Assembly: GCA_035221665.1 (NCBI GenBank)
Contig: CM069159.1
Location: 19,468,001 to 19,532,000 of the forward strand
Origin: Okamejei kenojei
Taxonomy: Eukaryota
DNA: 64,000 nt
Direction of reading: 5' to 3'
Position 1 is the first letter of the stretch. Each line of letters starts with the position of its first letter. The notes under the pieces are model-generated. The model was not told where the DNA came from and did not search any database. It worked only from the letters and a program-made list of their open reading frames with translations. Both the position numbers and the translations under genes were made by a program. Below are positions 37,350 to 50,448 of the stretch, piece after piece.

Positions 37350-38000
37350 ACATTATTTTGGCTGCTTTTGTGAGGCAGAGTGGAGTGTAGATGGAATCAA
37401 TAGTGGGGAAGCTCTGGTCTGTATGATGGTCTGGGTACATCTACTATCTCTGCCATTTCTTGCAGCCTGGGCAGAACTGCTCCAAAACCAAGATGTGTTG
37501 CAACCCAACAGTAGGCATTCTATGGTGCTTTTGTGGAAGTTTGTAAGAGTCATTGAATAATATTATTTTATAAGAGTCATTGAACTAATAATATTAAAGG
37601 CAAGAAAATTGAAGATCTCAACCATTTCCGCTTCATGGATGGTGATTTGGGCATGTTTTGCACCACACTTTCAGACATTGATAACAAGCTCACTCATCTT
37701 GTGAACATTGAGGGAAAGGTTATTGTCGATTTGTATAGACTTCTGTCCATATTTTAACAACACCATTTTACTAAGTACTCTATCTCCTTCCTTTCTTGTC
37801 ATTGTTCATGATCCAGCCCACCACACTGGAGTCATCTGCAAATTTGTGGATGGATTTTGAACCAAATTTGGCCGTACAGTCGTTAGTGTATCTGGAGTAT
37901 AGTAAGGGACTGAAAAAGCATCCTTGCAGGGCACTGATATTGACAATTATTGTGGAGGAGGTGTTGTCAGATTGTTGTCTGGGCATCAGAAAATCAAGAC
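37350..38000 (-). mobile_element. L2-like LINE RT fragment
   Basis: QGCFFSPLLYS.YTNDC...IHKFADDS motif. Similar decayed L2 pieces at ~22970-23210, ~23990-24780 and ~30270-30660. Confidence 0.75.
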
Positions 38001-38875
38001 TCATTGAAAGAATCCAAATGTTATTGATTTACTGCAATCCATTCAAATTGCAGTTAAGACTCGTATACTCATTGTATAATGTTGGCATAAAGTGAGAGGG
38101 GGAATGTTATTGGATAAGTGAGGGGCAATTTTTTTTTTGCATAATGTGGTGGGGGCCTGGAACACACTGCCAGGGCTTGTGGTGGAGGCAGCTACGATAG
38201 TGGTGTTTAAGAGGCTTTTGGATAGGCACATGGATATGCAGGGGATGGAGTGATATGGATCTTGTACAGTCAGATGAGATCAGTTTAACTTGGCATCATG
38301 TTTGGCACAGAAATTGTGATACACTCTTCTATTTTAATAGCTGACATATCTGACCACCATAGAATATTAATATTAATATAAAAATACCATTAATGTTAAT
38401 TTGTGATTCCAATGTTCGATTGTTCTCATTGACATTAATTCATTCCATCACCAATGTACTTACCCTCTGAAATGGGGATGCTTATATAGATGAATGCAAT
38501 TCAGGCTGCTTCATGTATGGTTCACATAGGCAAAATATGGCAACCGAGCCTTCCTTTCAAGAACTAGAGAGCTGTTCTAAGCTACTATCTACCTCATTGG
38601 AGACCCTTGGACTATTTTTAATTGGACTTTACTGGACTTTATCTTGCACGAAACATATTCACACTATTCCTTTATCATGCATCTATCTGTACAGTGTGGA
38701 TGGCTCGATTGTAATCATGTATTGTCGTTCTGCTGACTGGAAAGACCGCAGTGTAGAATATCATTGATTTGGCAGGAGCCACAGTTGTTACAGGAACCTG
38801 ATTTTGCACATCACCCCTCTATAAATTAACAAATTAGAAAAATATTGTGATTTTGGCCAATATAATGGTACTTAC

Positions 38876-39189
38876 TTTTCCAATCTGATGTCAGGTATAC
38901 TCTCACAGATAATTCTTTGTCGCCATATGCATTGGAAGCTTTGCAGATATACTTTCCATTGAAGGAATCATCAATCTTCTCTTTCTGCAGAATTGAATGA
39001 CTTAATCCATTATCAAATTGTATCCTTTCAGTTTGCTCTCCTGATTTCATCCAGATGACCTTGGATTACTGTCCGTGGTACAATTTAGTTGAAGATACGA
39101 CTGAGGTTCAACATAGATGATGTCTTGGAGCAGAGGCTGCAATTGATGCGCAATGGAATTCCTGTAATGTATTGCTGGCTGTGGACCAT
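38876..39189 (-). pseudogene. Ig C2/I-set exon with frameshift (same lesion in copy 60219-60532)
   Basis: YGPQPAI...YLQLNCTTDSNP [frameshift; TGA at 39047-39049] KVIWMKSG...FNGKYICKASNAYGDKELSVRVYLTSDWK|gtaagt. 314 nt, not a multiple of 3. Confidence 0.85.
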
Positions 39190-39779
39190 CTCAATCAGAA
39201 CAGTGAAAAAAAAGGCATTAGTCACAAGGGCAGCTTCAACAAAGCTTTGAAAGTACCACCTGTCACCCCTTGGTATTTGTGCCTCATTTTTAACCTGTTA
39301 TTTAAAATAGATTTTGTATATTTGAAATAACATTTTGATTAACAATACTGAATGTTTTATAAAAATTGTGGAGGTTATTTGGCCAATTACTCCAGTGTTG
39401 GCATAAAAGAGTCCCAGGATTTTGCCCATAGGGGGCTTGTCTTGCCATACAAGACTCCATCACAAGAGGTGTGGCCACGTACTAAGTGAAAAAACAGCAC
39501 CTAATGTTCTGCTCGGGTAGCTTACACCCCAATGGCATGACATTGGATTCTTCAATTGACAGTTATACTTTTCCTAGCCCTTTGGCCTAATGGGTGGCTT
39601 CAACCAAATGGGCCCATGAGAAGTGAATGCAAACAGACTGGCAATTAATCCAAGTTGCCATGACAGTTCAAGATTTGATGGTTTGTTTGGGATCAGTGGT
39701 GGTGAGAGAAAGGCAGCAAGCTTAATAGTTGACTGATAAGAAGTGCAATTTGTTTTAATACTGTCTGAGGTTTGTGGAC

Positions 39780-40090
39780 ATTTGAACATCCCTGTTAAGA
39801 TTTTAGCAACGTGCAGGTTATCTCAATTTGGTCTCCACTACATTGGAGGAACCAATGCAAGATGGTGTTGTAGTTTTGATGAGCACCTGCACTCAGTGCT
39901 TGTAGATATCACCCTTCCTAGTATTTTCCACTTAATTCCCAATTCTACATCTATTCTGACCTGGAAATCAGTGGCCTGCTCCACTCCCAGTAGCGACGCC
40001 CGACATAAACTAGAAAAACATCTATCATCTGTTGAGGTACTTTTGCAATTTTCTGGAATGAATATTACATTTTCCAACTTCAGATACTGC
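39780..40090 (+). mobile_element. Penelope-like element GIY-YIG endonuclease remnant
   Basis: C...FGLHYIGGT.AR....FDEHLHSV...ARHKLEKHL resembles the PLE GIY-YIG domain (GLLYIGET...F.EHL.SV). Confidence 0.7.
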
Positions 40091-43000
40091 TCTCCTATTG
40101 TGTCCTTATGTTCCTTTCTCAAACACTTCATTTGAACAGTCATATGCTCTTAATATCTGATCTTTCTTAAATTATCTCCATTGTCTTGCCCCTTCATTCT
40201 CCCTCCAGCTATGCTTTGTAACTGTCAACCCTGCACTCCAGTAGAGTTACTGCAGCAGTAGAGTTGCTGCCTTACAATGGCAGAGATCCAGGTTCGATCC
40301 TGATGAAGTAGGGTGCTCTACTGAATTTGTCGTCCTCCCGTGACCTGCGTGGGTTTTCTCCGAGATCTTCAGTTTCCTCCCATACTCCAAAGATGTACAG
40401 ATTTGTGGGTAGGCTTGGTATAAATGTAAATTGTATAAATGTAAACTGTGCCTAATGTGTGTAGCAGTGTGTTAATGTGTGGGGATAGCTGGTAGGCGCA
40501 GACTCAGTGGGTCGACGGGCCTGTTTCCATGCTGTATTTCTAAACAAAACTAAACTCTCTCCAGCCTCACCATTTCCAAGGAAGGGTCTATGAATCAAAT
40601 TATTGTTTCTCTTACATCTGGACTGGGTGAGTTTTTCCAACATTTTGGTTCATGTTTCAGGTTTCAACATCTGTAGTTTTATGCATTAACTTCCTTAACT
40701 TTCTTCATTCAACTTAGTAAAATTCCACCTTCTTCAATCTTTCTGCAAGAACTGCATTCCTAAAACACTGTAATTATTCAAACAAATGTTTTTTCTCGCC
40801 TCTAGATCCTTGCTGAAATGGATAGCTAGAAATGTCCACCATGTTCCAGCTAACTCAATAATTGAGATTGAGAAAAGCATTGTTGAAATTTGTTACCAGA
40901 TAGAAGTATTTGCTATGTGGTCCATGGACTATAAATCTTTGCAGAATGCATTAGGAGTGACAATAATGCCTCATTGGGTGATTTCTATCCTTTGTCACCA
41001 GCCATGCTGTTTCGCTACATTTACAACATTGCATAGCTATCAGCATGGATTACTCACCAGGTAGGTCCCATTCAAAAATAATTAATTACAAACTGTTAAC
41101 TCTCAATCATCAGCAATGTCCATGAAAAGTAATGTTGGCATTGTTATCCTATGGAACGTGCTCACTTGTAGCCTACACCCTAGTGCTTAGTTTGGATTTT
41201 GATAGAACCACTTCATTTCACACCACATCCTGGCCAAATTTTCTAAGACTACAAGATCCAGAAGACCTTCACTACAGTCAATGTGAAAAACAGTCAAAGC
41301 TGCATTTCAGACTGAATAAATCAAGGTGGGAGGACAGTTTAATGATGTATCCATTTCTGACATTACCTAGTTATTTAAAAGGCTAGGTGAAATACTTAGA
41401 ACTTAGCCCATGTCCATGGTATTTAATTGGAAAATTGTAATGAAGAGCATAAAATAAACATACTTACAATTATACATTGAGTGTTATGTGTTGCATTGTC
41501 ACTCTTTGCTTGTTGCATGGATAGGATCTGACAAGTACAAAACTGTCCTGTGGTCTTGCAAGGTGGGAGTAAAAACTAATTTGATATTGTTTGCGTTAAA
41601 TGAGCCATCAGAGTTCCTGGAGGGGGAGAGTTTTGTGGGTAATATAAAATTCTGGTTTTGTAGCTTGAGTGTTGTGAAGAAGTTGCCATCGCATTGTGAT
41701 GTTCTCAGGATAAAATCCCCATGCATGGCAGTACAAAACAGATGCTTTCTCTGCTATTAAATCTCCCTGAGTCATTAGAATTTTTGGTGTAGATTCTGGG
41801 ACTGTAACAAATAACATGAAACAAAGTTATATGCTGCGGATATATACTTACATACTTATCCTTTCGTGCTAAATTTAAAAAAAACAAAGCATGTTAATTA
41901 GCATTTGTCCACTTAATGTATATAGGTCTGAAGAAGGGTCTTGACCTGAAACATCACCCATTCCTTCTCTCCAGAGATGGCTGCCTGTCCCCCCTCTGTG
42001 TTACATCAGCTTGTGTGTCTATCTTTAATTAATATGTAAAAAAGCAATTCCACTTCAGTAAGCTGTGAATCAATCAGTGATATATATTATTTTTAACCTG
42101 GTGAAACCAATGTCTTGTAGAACCCACATAAAAAGCCTTTCCATGTGTTATAAATTGTATTGTTAATTGTCAACTTGGACACAGAGCATGACCTACTCGG
42201 CTTTGGCCCCCTTAGTTATGGCTGACTTTGGGTGATCCAGGATGTCTTCCCTCTATGGGGACGCCTGTGCTTGACTTTGTTTAACGTGGGGAGACTGGTT
42301 TGCACAGACAGCCAACCCACAGTCCTTGTCAGATCTGGGTCAGGATCCAGTGGCATGGAGTCCAAGTCGACCGGAGACCCTTTGCTACTGCAGCCTTCAT
42401 CCCCTTCCCAGCTGTTGTTGACGCTCCCAAAATGTCAGCCATCATCCTCCGCCTGTTCCATGTTGAGGACTTGGTTGGATTGCTCCTTGCCCACTATTGT
42501 TTTTTGATATAATCTATATTAAGCAAAGACCTCTCAGGGCATATGTTGGTAAGGGACACTAAAAGTGGAGATAAACTCAGTGGGTCAGACTACATCTCTG
42601 GAGAAGGATCAGGTGACGATTGGGTCTTGACCTCTCAGGACCTTTTTCACCTTCAGTTGTGAGTACTGTGGGGGAGAAGTAAAAACAGAGCCAAGATCCT
42701 ATATGTCTTGGGTTGGTCAAACTGTTCAGGAGAGGGGGAGTAGAGTTAGGGGCCAAGGATGGAATAATTGTCGAGATCTCTGTAGGAAGCAGGAACAATT
42801 GAAGGATCCATTTTTCCGGACAAATAATAGAGAGTTGTTTTATGCAGGAATAGACAGAGTTACAAGTTATATATTTAACTGTTAGTGCCACCCCCGAGTA
42901 TACTTGCGGTCATTGGCCTAAAGTGAAAACAAAACTTGGCAGATGAACAGGTAAAACAGAGATGCATTTAAAAACATAAGAGATGGATTTAAACAATTGT

Positions 43001-43439
43001 TGTGGGTCCTGAAACTGAACACCCAGGATTAGAATGTGGACAAGGAACCAGAGATATGTCCAAAAGAAAGGTGCAACATTCTTGGATGAAGATATGCAGA
43101 CAAGGATGAGGAAGGGAATGGTGGCAGTCTGATAAGGGGTCAGGTACATTGCAGGAGAGAGGAATAATCTGCCAGGAGAAGAGAAAAATGTAAAGACCAT
43201 GGTACGAATCTTTCAGACTTAACCCCTCCCCCCCCCCCCCCCCCTTGATTAAGCAGTGATGAATGAGAATTTTGGAGGGGTTATAGAGTTATTGTGCTGT
43301 ATAGAATGAAATAAGCCCTGTGGACAACCATAAGCCATTCCCGACAAGGTTAGGATTGGTTCTAGTCCCATTTTCTTGCGCTTACAACCTAAGTGTATGT
43401 GCAATAGGTTATCTAACTGCAAACGATCTATATTATTCA

Positions 43440-46400
43440 GTAGTTTACTGAATATAAATAGTAAGATTAAACGAGACCTACGTTTGAAGTTTGATCTTTA
43501 TTAAGGAGTTACGTGGTGGATTACGTGAAGAAGTCCCGGCCAGTTCGCATGCGGCATAATCTTCAAAGCGCGGTGTTGAAAACACTAATAACAGTTATCA
43601 AAGTACATTGTAAGTTGAGCATACTTGAGAACTACCAGATGACCTTTGTGAGAGAGGGTGGACTTGGAGGGCATGTAATCCACACACCGTTGATGTCTTA
43701 TAAAATAAAGAATCAAACTTCAACTGGTAGGTTCTCGTTTAATCTTCTATTTTACTTTGGAGTCAAACGAGTGATTCCAGAAGGGTTCAAAAGCTTCGTG
43801 TTTTCAGGCCGCAGAATTCAAAATCCCTGCTTCTCACTGCATGATTTGACTCGGATATGAGAAATAATCAATTAGGGGCATTATGGTGACATTGCATTAA
43901 CTGCAGTAACACATTTATTTGAATAACAAAAGACAGTAACCCCTCTAACACAGGGGAATTAAAACGACATTTTACGGTATTAGCAACTGCCCCGGTTCGG
44001 CAATCGGACGTTTGTAGAACGGTGAAAAGCAACTCATTTGACCACCCGGCGGCTGCGAGAATATGGTTCGAATGGGACGTCTACCGCCCTTCCGCCAAGG
44101 TGCTGCTGCCCTAGTGAAATGAGATGTAAAAAACATCGTGTTATACCTGCTCAAACCAATACTTATTTCAACCACCTCAGAGAATAGTCTGTACTGAAAC
44201 TTTTGTTGGCTTCCTGTAACAACCCGGTTTCCATATTTCGTAAGGCCTGTAGCTTCATTGTATTGCAGCAATGTGGTCTTTAACATAGACATGGATCCGT
44301 GGGATATGCGAATAAAAACAATCTTGAACTCTGTACACACCTGGCCTGCTCTGTTGGGTAGGTCCATAAATGTAGAAGGTCAAAAATGCAGCCAACTTCC
44401 ATTCCGTCTAGCTGCAGCTTTTGCAATGTCTGCACTCATTGAGCTGTTACTGAGCCATGAGCTTGACCACCTTTTCATGGTGACTTTGGCCAAAGTCAGA
44501 GATGTGTCAGGTGTCCACTGACGGAAAGTAGCTTGAGGACCAAGCTTACATCCCAGATTTGCGTTATACCTGGGTTAGAGGTCTGGAGTTATATTTCATT
44601 CCATAATCGAGAAACGAGGAGTATGAGACCCAAATAGGATGTTCTTCTGACCCCATCAATTGAGTACAAGACAATTGCACTTTAGCTGATGATCGCCTAT
44701 TACTCTACCCCTAATATAATGGGAGTGTTTACAGAACTCTAGAATATGCAAAAATTACCTGCCGTACAATATCCAATTTTATTTTGTACAACATAAAACT
44801 ACCATTTTTTAACTTCACAGAAATATTACTGCTTTTGAGTTCCCATCCTCCAGGCTGCTGGTGGCATGTCCACAGTTCGCCCAGACAGTACTCGTCCCAG
44901 ATTGGCCTTCTTAAACCTGCAATTAACAAATCAATACGGTCATTTATGGATGCTGTTCGCCAGTACCGGGATGCACCAGTAAATCCCTTTGTTTGGAACA
45001 GCATCAGGGGTTGTATCATTCAACTCCATTATCAAAGGGAACCATGGCGAGTAGGCCTGTGGGTTATCACCAGCCACCCCTGAGTGGCATCCTGCTTGAT
45101 TTTAAGCAGGACACCGACTTATGAGACTGAATGGTGGAAATGCAGATATAAACATACCACCCATGTATTGAGATAGCGTCAGTTGCTACTGCCCTGGATC
45201 TGTGTTCCCTTAAACTTATTTGGTTGCTGGTGGTGGAGTCTGGATGCGAACAAGTGTTATCTGGCCTTCCATATTTGACAGCTATATTCATTGAATACGT
45301 TCCGATTCAACATCGCCATTCTGTGTGGTCATGGAGTTTTCGTGACCTGTGTCTGCCACTATATTGAATCTACCTGGTAGATGAATAGCTAAAAAAGCCA
45401 AATATTGTTGTCTATACACCAGGGTCCCCCCCCCCCCAGAATTAAATTAGCCAGTTTTTCACAAGATGCCGATTGTCCACCCATGTGATTAACATACACA
45501 CTGCCGTGGTGTATGTCAATTTGAAGCCTAAATGCAGGTTTAGTTTGTGTTAGAACAATATGCCTTGAGTCCATAAATAAACTGCCAAAAGCTCTAAGTT
45601 AGTAAAGTTAATTCCCCATGTCTTCAGAAGCATGTCTTCTTCCGCCATTCCATCTGCCTCCACAGTGGAGCTCGTATCGTGGACCCAAACCTTGTGCACT
45701 GACATTCTGTCTGTAAGACCATGAAGGCTGTTCCAATCATAATTTGGGGAACTACTGGAACATGCTGTATCCCACCACTGCTGGTCAGTAAACAGCATCT
45801 GCGGAGAACGTCAGGGGCCTTTTATTAATTGGCCGAATGTTCTGGGAGTGCCTGTTCCTTTGCCCTCTGTATATGCGGGTAGTGCAAAGGCCCATACTGA
45901 ACTTTCCGAATAAAGCTGGCACTAATTTTCGGTGCAGGTGGCCACTTCATATGTGAAGGTTGGTGCTCTTCAAAAGCTTAATGCAACCATCATTTTATTC
46001 CACTCTTTTCTCCCATGGGTTGAGTCACTTCTTGTGAAGTGAATCAATTGTGAAACCCAATTAGTCTAATTTGTTGGGTATGTGGTGTTAATTTGGATTT
46101 CTAGGGATGATGGGTGATACCCCAATTTTTCATAAGTGAATGTAACATCTGCAACGGATCTTCAGATAATGTCATTGGTTCGTCCTATGATTAAGATATC
46201 ATCAAGTTAAATGCCATAACCACACTGATCCTGGACTCTAAGTAGCCCAGTACATGGCTGTAAACCAAATTAGTGAATATTCTAGGAGCTGAGTTAACCA
46301 AGTAGGCAGTTGCATTGGGGAATTGCCATAATTGATTAATCCAGGTAAATTTCAAGGCTTTCTATCTTCCAAATGAAACTGACACTGTGTTATGTGCATT

Positions 46401-47905
46401 TTTCAGATCTATAGTTGCACATATAACACTCATCTGGAAAGCAGTTGCTTGGCAGGAACAAATGTTTCCATTTGAAGTGTCTATACTGTACAAAAGGGTT
46501 ATGACCTTTGTCAGATCAAAATAATTATACATCCTCCGTACTTATTTGGTCGGGGAGGAATAATATTGGACTTGGTGACCGACCTCTCAATGACGCCTTT
46601 ATTACACTATATGTGCAAGTTCAGCCTGAACCCTCCACAATTTCTTCTGTTTGTGTAATATTGGAGTGTTTGCTAGGTCCATGCTGGGGGGCCAATCACC
46701 ATTTGGATCGAATCAATCGAAACCCTTGAATTATACTCTCATGATAATGGATCTGAGGTTAATTTGCTTCCATTCCTCTGGAAACAGATGTATCTAGCCC
46801 CAAGTTTCGGCTGTGTTGTACTTAATATGTTCCCATGAGAACGGCCCACCTAACTTCCTTGGTAACTGGTGTGACACTGCTGTCCCAAGTCTACTGGCGG
46901 GAAGCCATCACGTGTTGTCCGTGTTCCGCTGTAGAGTACCAAGGCGCCTTGCGGCGACGGCCGGACTGTTCCTGGTGTAGACCCGGATTCGGCACCTCTT
47001 CTGTGGGATACCTTCTCCTCACAGATTTGCCGGACGATCGGTGTCTTAATCATGCCACAGTTTTTTGCTTCGTCATCCTAACTCCTTCACGCGAATCGCG
47101 AGGTCTTACCCAAAGTGTAGGTTGGGTGGCTGCACATTGTGGGCTTGCAAGAGCGCTGCAAACTTAGGGTTTGTCACTCTTCCTGTGGGACAATGATCTC
47201 AAAGTGGGCGACTGCCAAGCAACCCATAGTGCCTCTTGAGGCGTCTCAGACAGATTGCCCTCCAGCCATTGTTCTAGCGAATGCGTGATTCCTGAACACG
47301 CAGCTCCAGGATTCTCTGCTGCTTTAATTCCTGGGCACGCTTTGCGCACGCCACATTCTGACCACATATTACCTTGTGTACTGGTGGTCACTTTTGCAAC
47401 ACGCAGGCCTTGGGGTTCTTGCGTATGCAACAGGTGCTCCATTTGGGATAAACCATTCAAAAACAGTGTCCAGCTCGGAGGGGAATCTTCCCGGCCCGAC
47501 TCCCCCGATCCGTGGGCATGGTCCAGACTTTGAATTGCCTTATCCTTGACTTGGGGCAGGCATCCGTGCTTTGCAGCACTAATCTGCAGTCGCCCGCTCC
47601 AGTCCGGCGGACTGTGCACGGGATGAGGCAGACGTTCACAGACCGCACGCCCGCGGCTGTCTACGATTTTGCGCAGGTCGCCTCATTCCCCTTTGCCCGT
47701 TGTCCTTGGTGCTACTAAAGAGATACACACGGCACCACAGCAAAACGGACTTGAACTCTAGCTAAGTTTTTCCCACTTACCCTGGAGTCTAATTACTTAC
47801 CGCTGGAGGAGCTCTGTTCCTTCCAGCATCCGTGCGCCATAGCGGCTGACGTAATTGAGTGCATGCGCCACTGGGGGACTTCTTCACGGTATCATCTCAC
47901 GTGTT
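43440..47905 (-). mobile_element. DIRS1-type tyrosine-recombinase retrotransposon, near full length (low-quality sequence)
   Basis: YR C-terminus FTSHFTRAAA...FYKRPIAE (43972-44367); RNase H remnants NLELLAV and LQID...YVNHMGG; RT remnant LDDILI (~46190-46215); terminal inverted repeats plus an internal complementary region. Confidence 0.85.
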
Positions 47906-48672
47906 TCTGATTAAAATTTAATTCTAAACAAGTATTGATATATTAGGCAATCCAAATATGTGGAAGAGTTGTATTTTAAGGAATTGTGAAGCCTGCTAAT
48001 AGAGTCACAACAGGCGTGGAAACAGGACTTCGGCCCATCTTGCCCACGCTGACCTAGTTGCCCCATCTAAATTGGTACCACCTGCCCGCACTTGCCATTA
48101 AACCCTCTAAAACCCATCCTACCCTTCCTGCCCAATACCTGGTGCAGTAATAATATTGAAAGAGGCACAAATTAATTTCAGTGATAGTCTTAATACCTAT
48201 CCTATGATTCTTTGCATTAACTGCTTATGCTGCAGATCTGAGTGAAAATGTAAATTTTTGTAAACGCTGGAGTATATCTGGCAGAGCTGTGCTGTGGTAA
48301 TATAAAACCTTTAATTGTTCCTCTTAACCACTGTTGTAAACCTATGCTTGCTCAGTGTTTCTACTTGGAGAAGACTTTATTTTATGATCCCTTTACCTTG
48401 GTACATAACGCACAGACTTCATTTGACAGAACTTTCACATGGGTGTAAATTACTTATTCTTCTTCTTGGTTGGATGGAATTACTATTTATTAGCCCGACT
48501 TCCCATGGACGTGATTAAGCAATATCATGTGTATCTAAATGTGGTATGATATGTAAACTTTATTCATTACACATATTAGTGGGCTGCATTTCTGCAGATA
48601 TTATTTAAATACTGATCATAAACTGTATTGTGTAGTGACTGGAGATCATCATAGTTTTGCAAATAACTTGAC

Positions 48673-49010
48673 CTTAAACCCATATTGGGGTCCTTGGCCC
48701 ATTTCATTGAATTGGAGGGAAGCATTTAGTAACATTCCCTCACAAAGTATATGTGTATACAGAGTGACAAACGTTACATTTTTCAATCTTCAGTTGTTAC
48801 GTAAAGTGTTTGAAAACATCCTGAGGGGGAGGAGGTGGATTGGCTGAGCGTTTGTAAGTTGCTTCAGACCCTTTCGGCGATGGTCCGTATACCAGGAACT
48901 CGGTGCCTGGCATCACACTTGCATTATAGTATATGTACAGGTTACGTGACGGTTTGTTGCTCATACATGACCAGGCGGGCTGGGTCAACTCTGTGAATTC
49001 AGCGGTACTC
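48673..49010 (-). CDS. IgV exon with J-like G-x-G motif (low-quality sequence, several apparent indels)
   Basis: Across frames: TAEFTELTQP / VMYEQQTVT / TCTY / SWYTDH / QLKIE / NVT...ILCEGMLL...MGQGP. Acceptor tgttccatcag. Confidence 0.6.
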
Positions 49011-49948
49011 CTGATGGAACATATAATATATTTGTTATTTTTACGTCCATTAATAATCCCGCAGAAGCTCACTTAAACAACACAGTGTGCGGGATCATTG
49101 ATCAGACGCGAAACTGGTGGGCCTAAAAGGCCTGGTTTCCCAAAACTGTATCTCTTAATTAAGCAATAAACTATTAATAAAACTAAACTTAACTAAATGC
49201 AAATGCTGAACTGGGAGACAAAAACAGAATGCTGGCAGATTCAGTGGTATAGCTGAATCTCGGCGAGGCTGAAGGTTATTAATTATGTGTTGGGGTGTGT
49301 CCTGTAGGGGGGGATTAGAAAGATGACCAATATGTAGCAGGATGGTGGGAGTAATGGGATGGGATTAGTTGGCAACAGTTTAGAACCAGCATGGGGAGCA
49401 GGGAATGTGCAATGGATCATTGGGTGGGGTGGATGAAGGAGATGAAAAGCAGATGGGGAAGAGGGCCTAAATTTCTACATTGGCTTTCCTTGCATCAATT
49501 ATTTTTTTTAATATATAATTGTGCTTTTTTAAATTTATCGTATATTTTTTTTATTGGATTATTAATTTTTGATGTCCATTATTGAAAATGAAGCCATTTT
49601 TAATTATTTGGTATATTGAATGGAGATGCATGAATATGTGTTATAAAGTTTCATTAGATAACTTATTATAAAATTAACCTAAACAGTATTTAACTATTAA
49701 TGCCCTCATCAACAATTCTACTCTAAAACAATACCAAACTATACAAATCTTTACATAATTTTCCCTAACCTTTCTTCCATTACACCCCTTCCCCATTACC
49801 CCCCATCCCACACACCCACATCCTAACCCCCATCCTCTCCCCCCCTCCCCACAATCCCCTAATCCACTCCCCCCCATACCTTCATTACAAACACACACAT
49901 CTAACCCCCCACAAACCAACAACCCAAACCCCAAAACAACACAACACC

Positions 49949-50448
49949 NNNNNNNNNNNNNNNNNNNNNNNNNNNNNNNNNNNNNNNNNNNNNNNNNNNN
50001 NNNNNNNNNNNNNNNNNNNNNNNNNNNNNNNNNNNNNNNNNNNNNNNNNNNNNNNNNNNNNNNNNNNNNNNNNNNNNNNNNNNNNNNNNNNNNNNNNNNN
50101 NNNNNNNNNNNNNNNNNNNNNNNNNNNNNNNNNNNNNNNNNNNNNNNNNNNNNNNNNNNNNNNNNNNNNNNNNNNNNNNNNNNNNNNNNNNNNNNNNNNN
50201 NNNNNNNNNNNNNNNNNNNNNNNNNNNNNNNNNNNNNNNNNNNNNNNNNNNNNNNNNNNNNNNNNNNNNNNNNNNNNNNNNNNNNNNNNNNNNNNNNNNN
50301 NNNNNNNNNNNNNNNNNNNNNNNNNNNNNNNNNNNNNNNNNNNNNNNNNNNNNNNNNNNNNNNNNNNNNNNNNNNNNNNNNNNNNNNNNNNNNNNNNNNN
50401 NNNNNNNNNNNNNNNNNNNNNNNNNNNNNNNNNNNNNNNNNNNNNNNN
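49949..50448. other. Assembly gap (500 N)
   Basis: Run of exactly 500 N flanked by low-complexity, error-rich sequence. Confidence 1.

Larger units (their letters stand above)
33666..49010 (-). pseudogene. V-C1-C2-TM IgSF receptor gene; frameshifted C2 exon (pseudogene or exon-skipping gene); leader exon not seen
   Basis: Ordered exons with compatible phases: V ~48673-49010, C1 41468-41801 (intact copy 62873-63199), C2 38876-39189, TM 36819-36896, cytoplasmic 35288-35312 and 33666-33765. Confidence 0.7.

Noticed and set aside
3384-49010. Rearranging Ig/TCR locus
   Set aside because: No heptamer/nonamer recombination signals were noticed beside the V exons, and each V exon includes its own G strand and ends at a splice donor.
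49560-49948. AT-rich then C/A-rich low-complexity stretch before the gap
   Set aside because: Looks like a degraded read end rather than biology; it may obscure the leader exon of the minus-strand gene.
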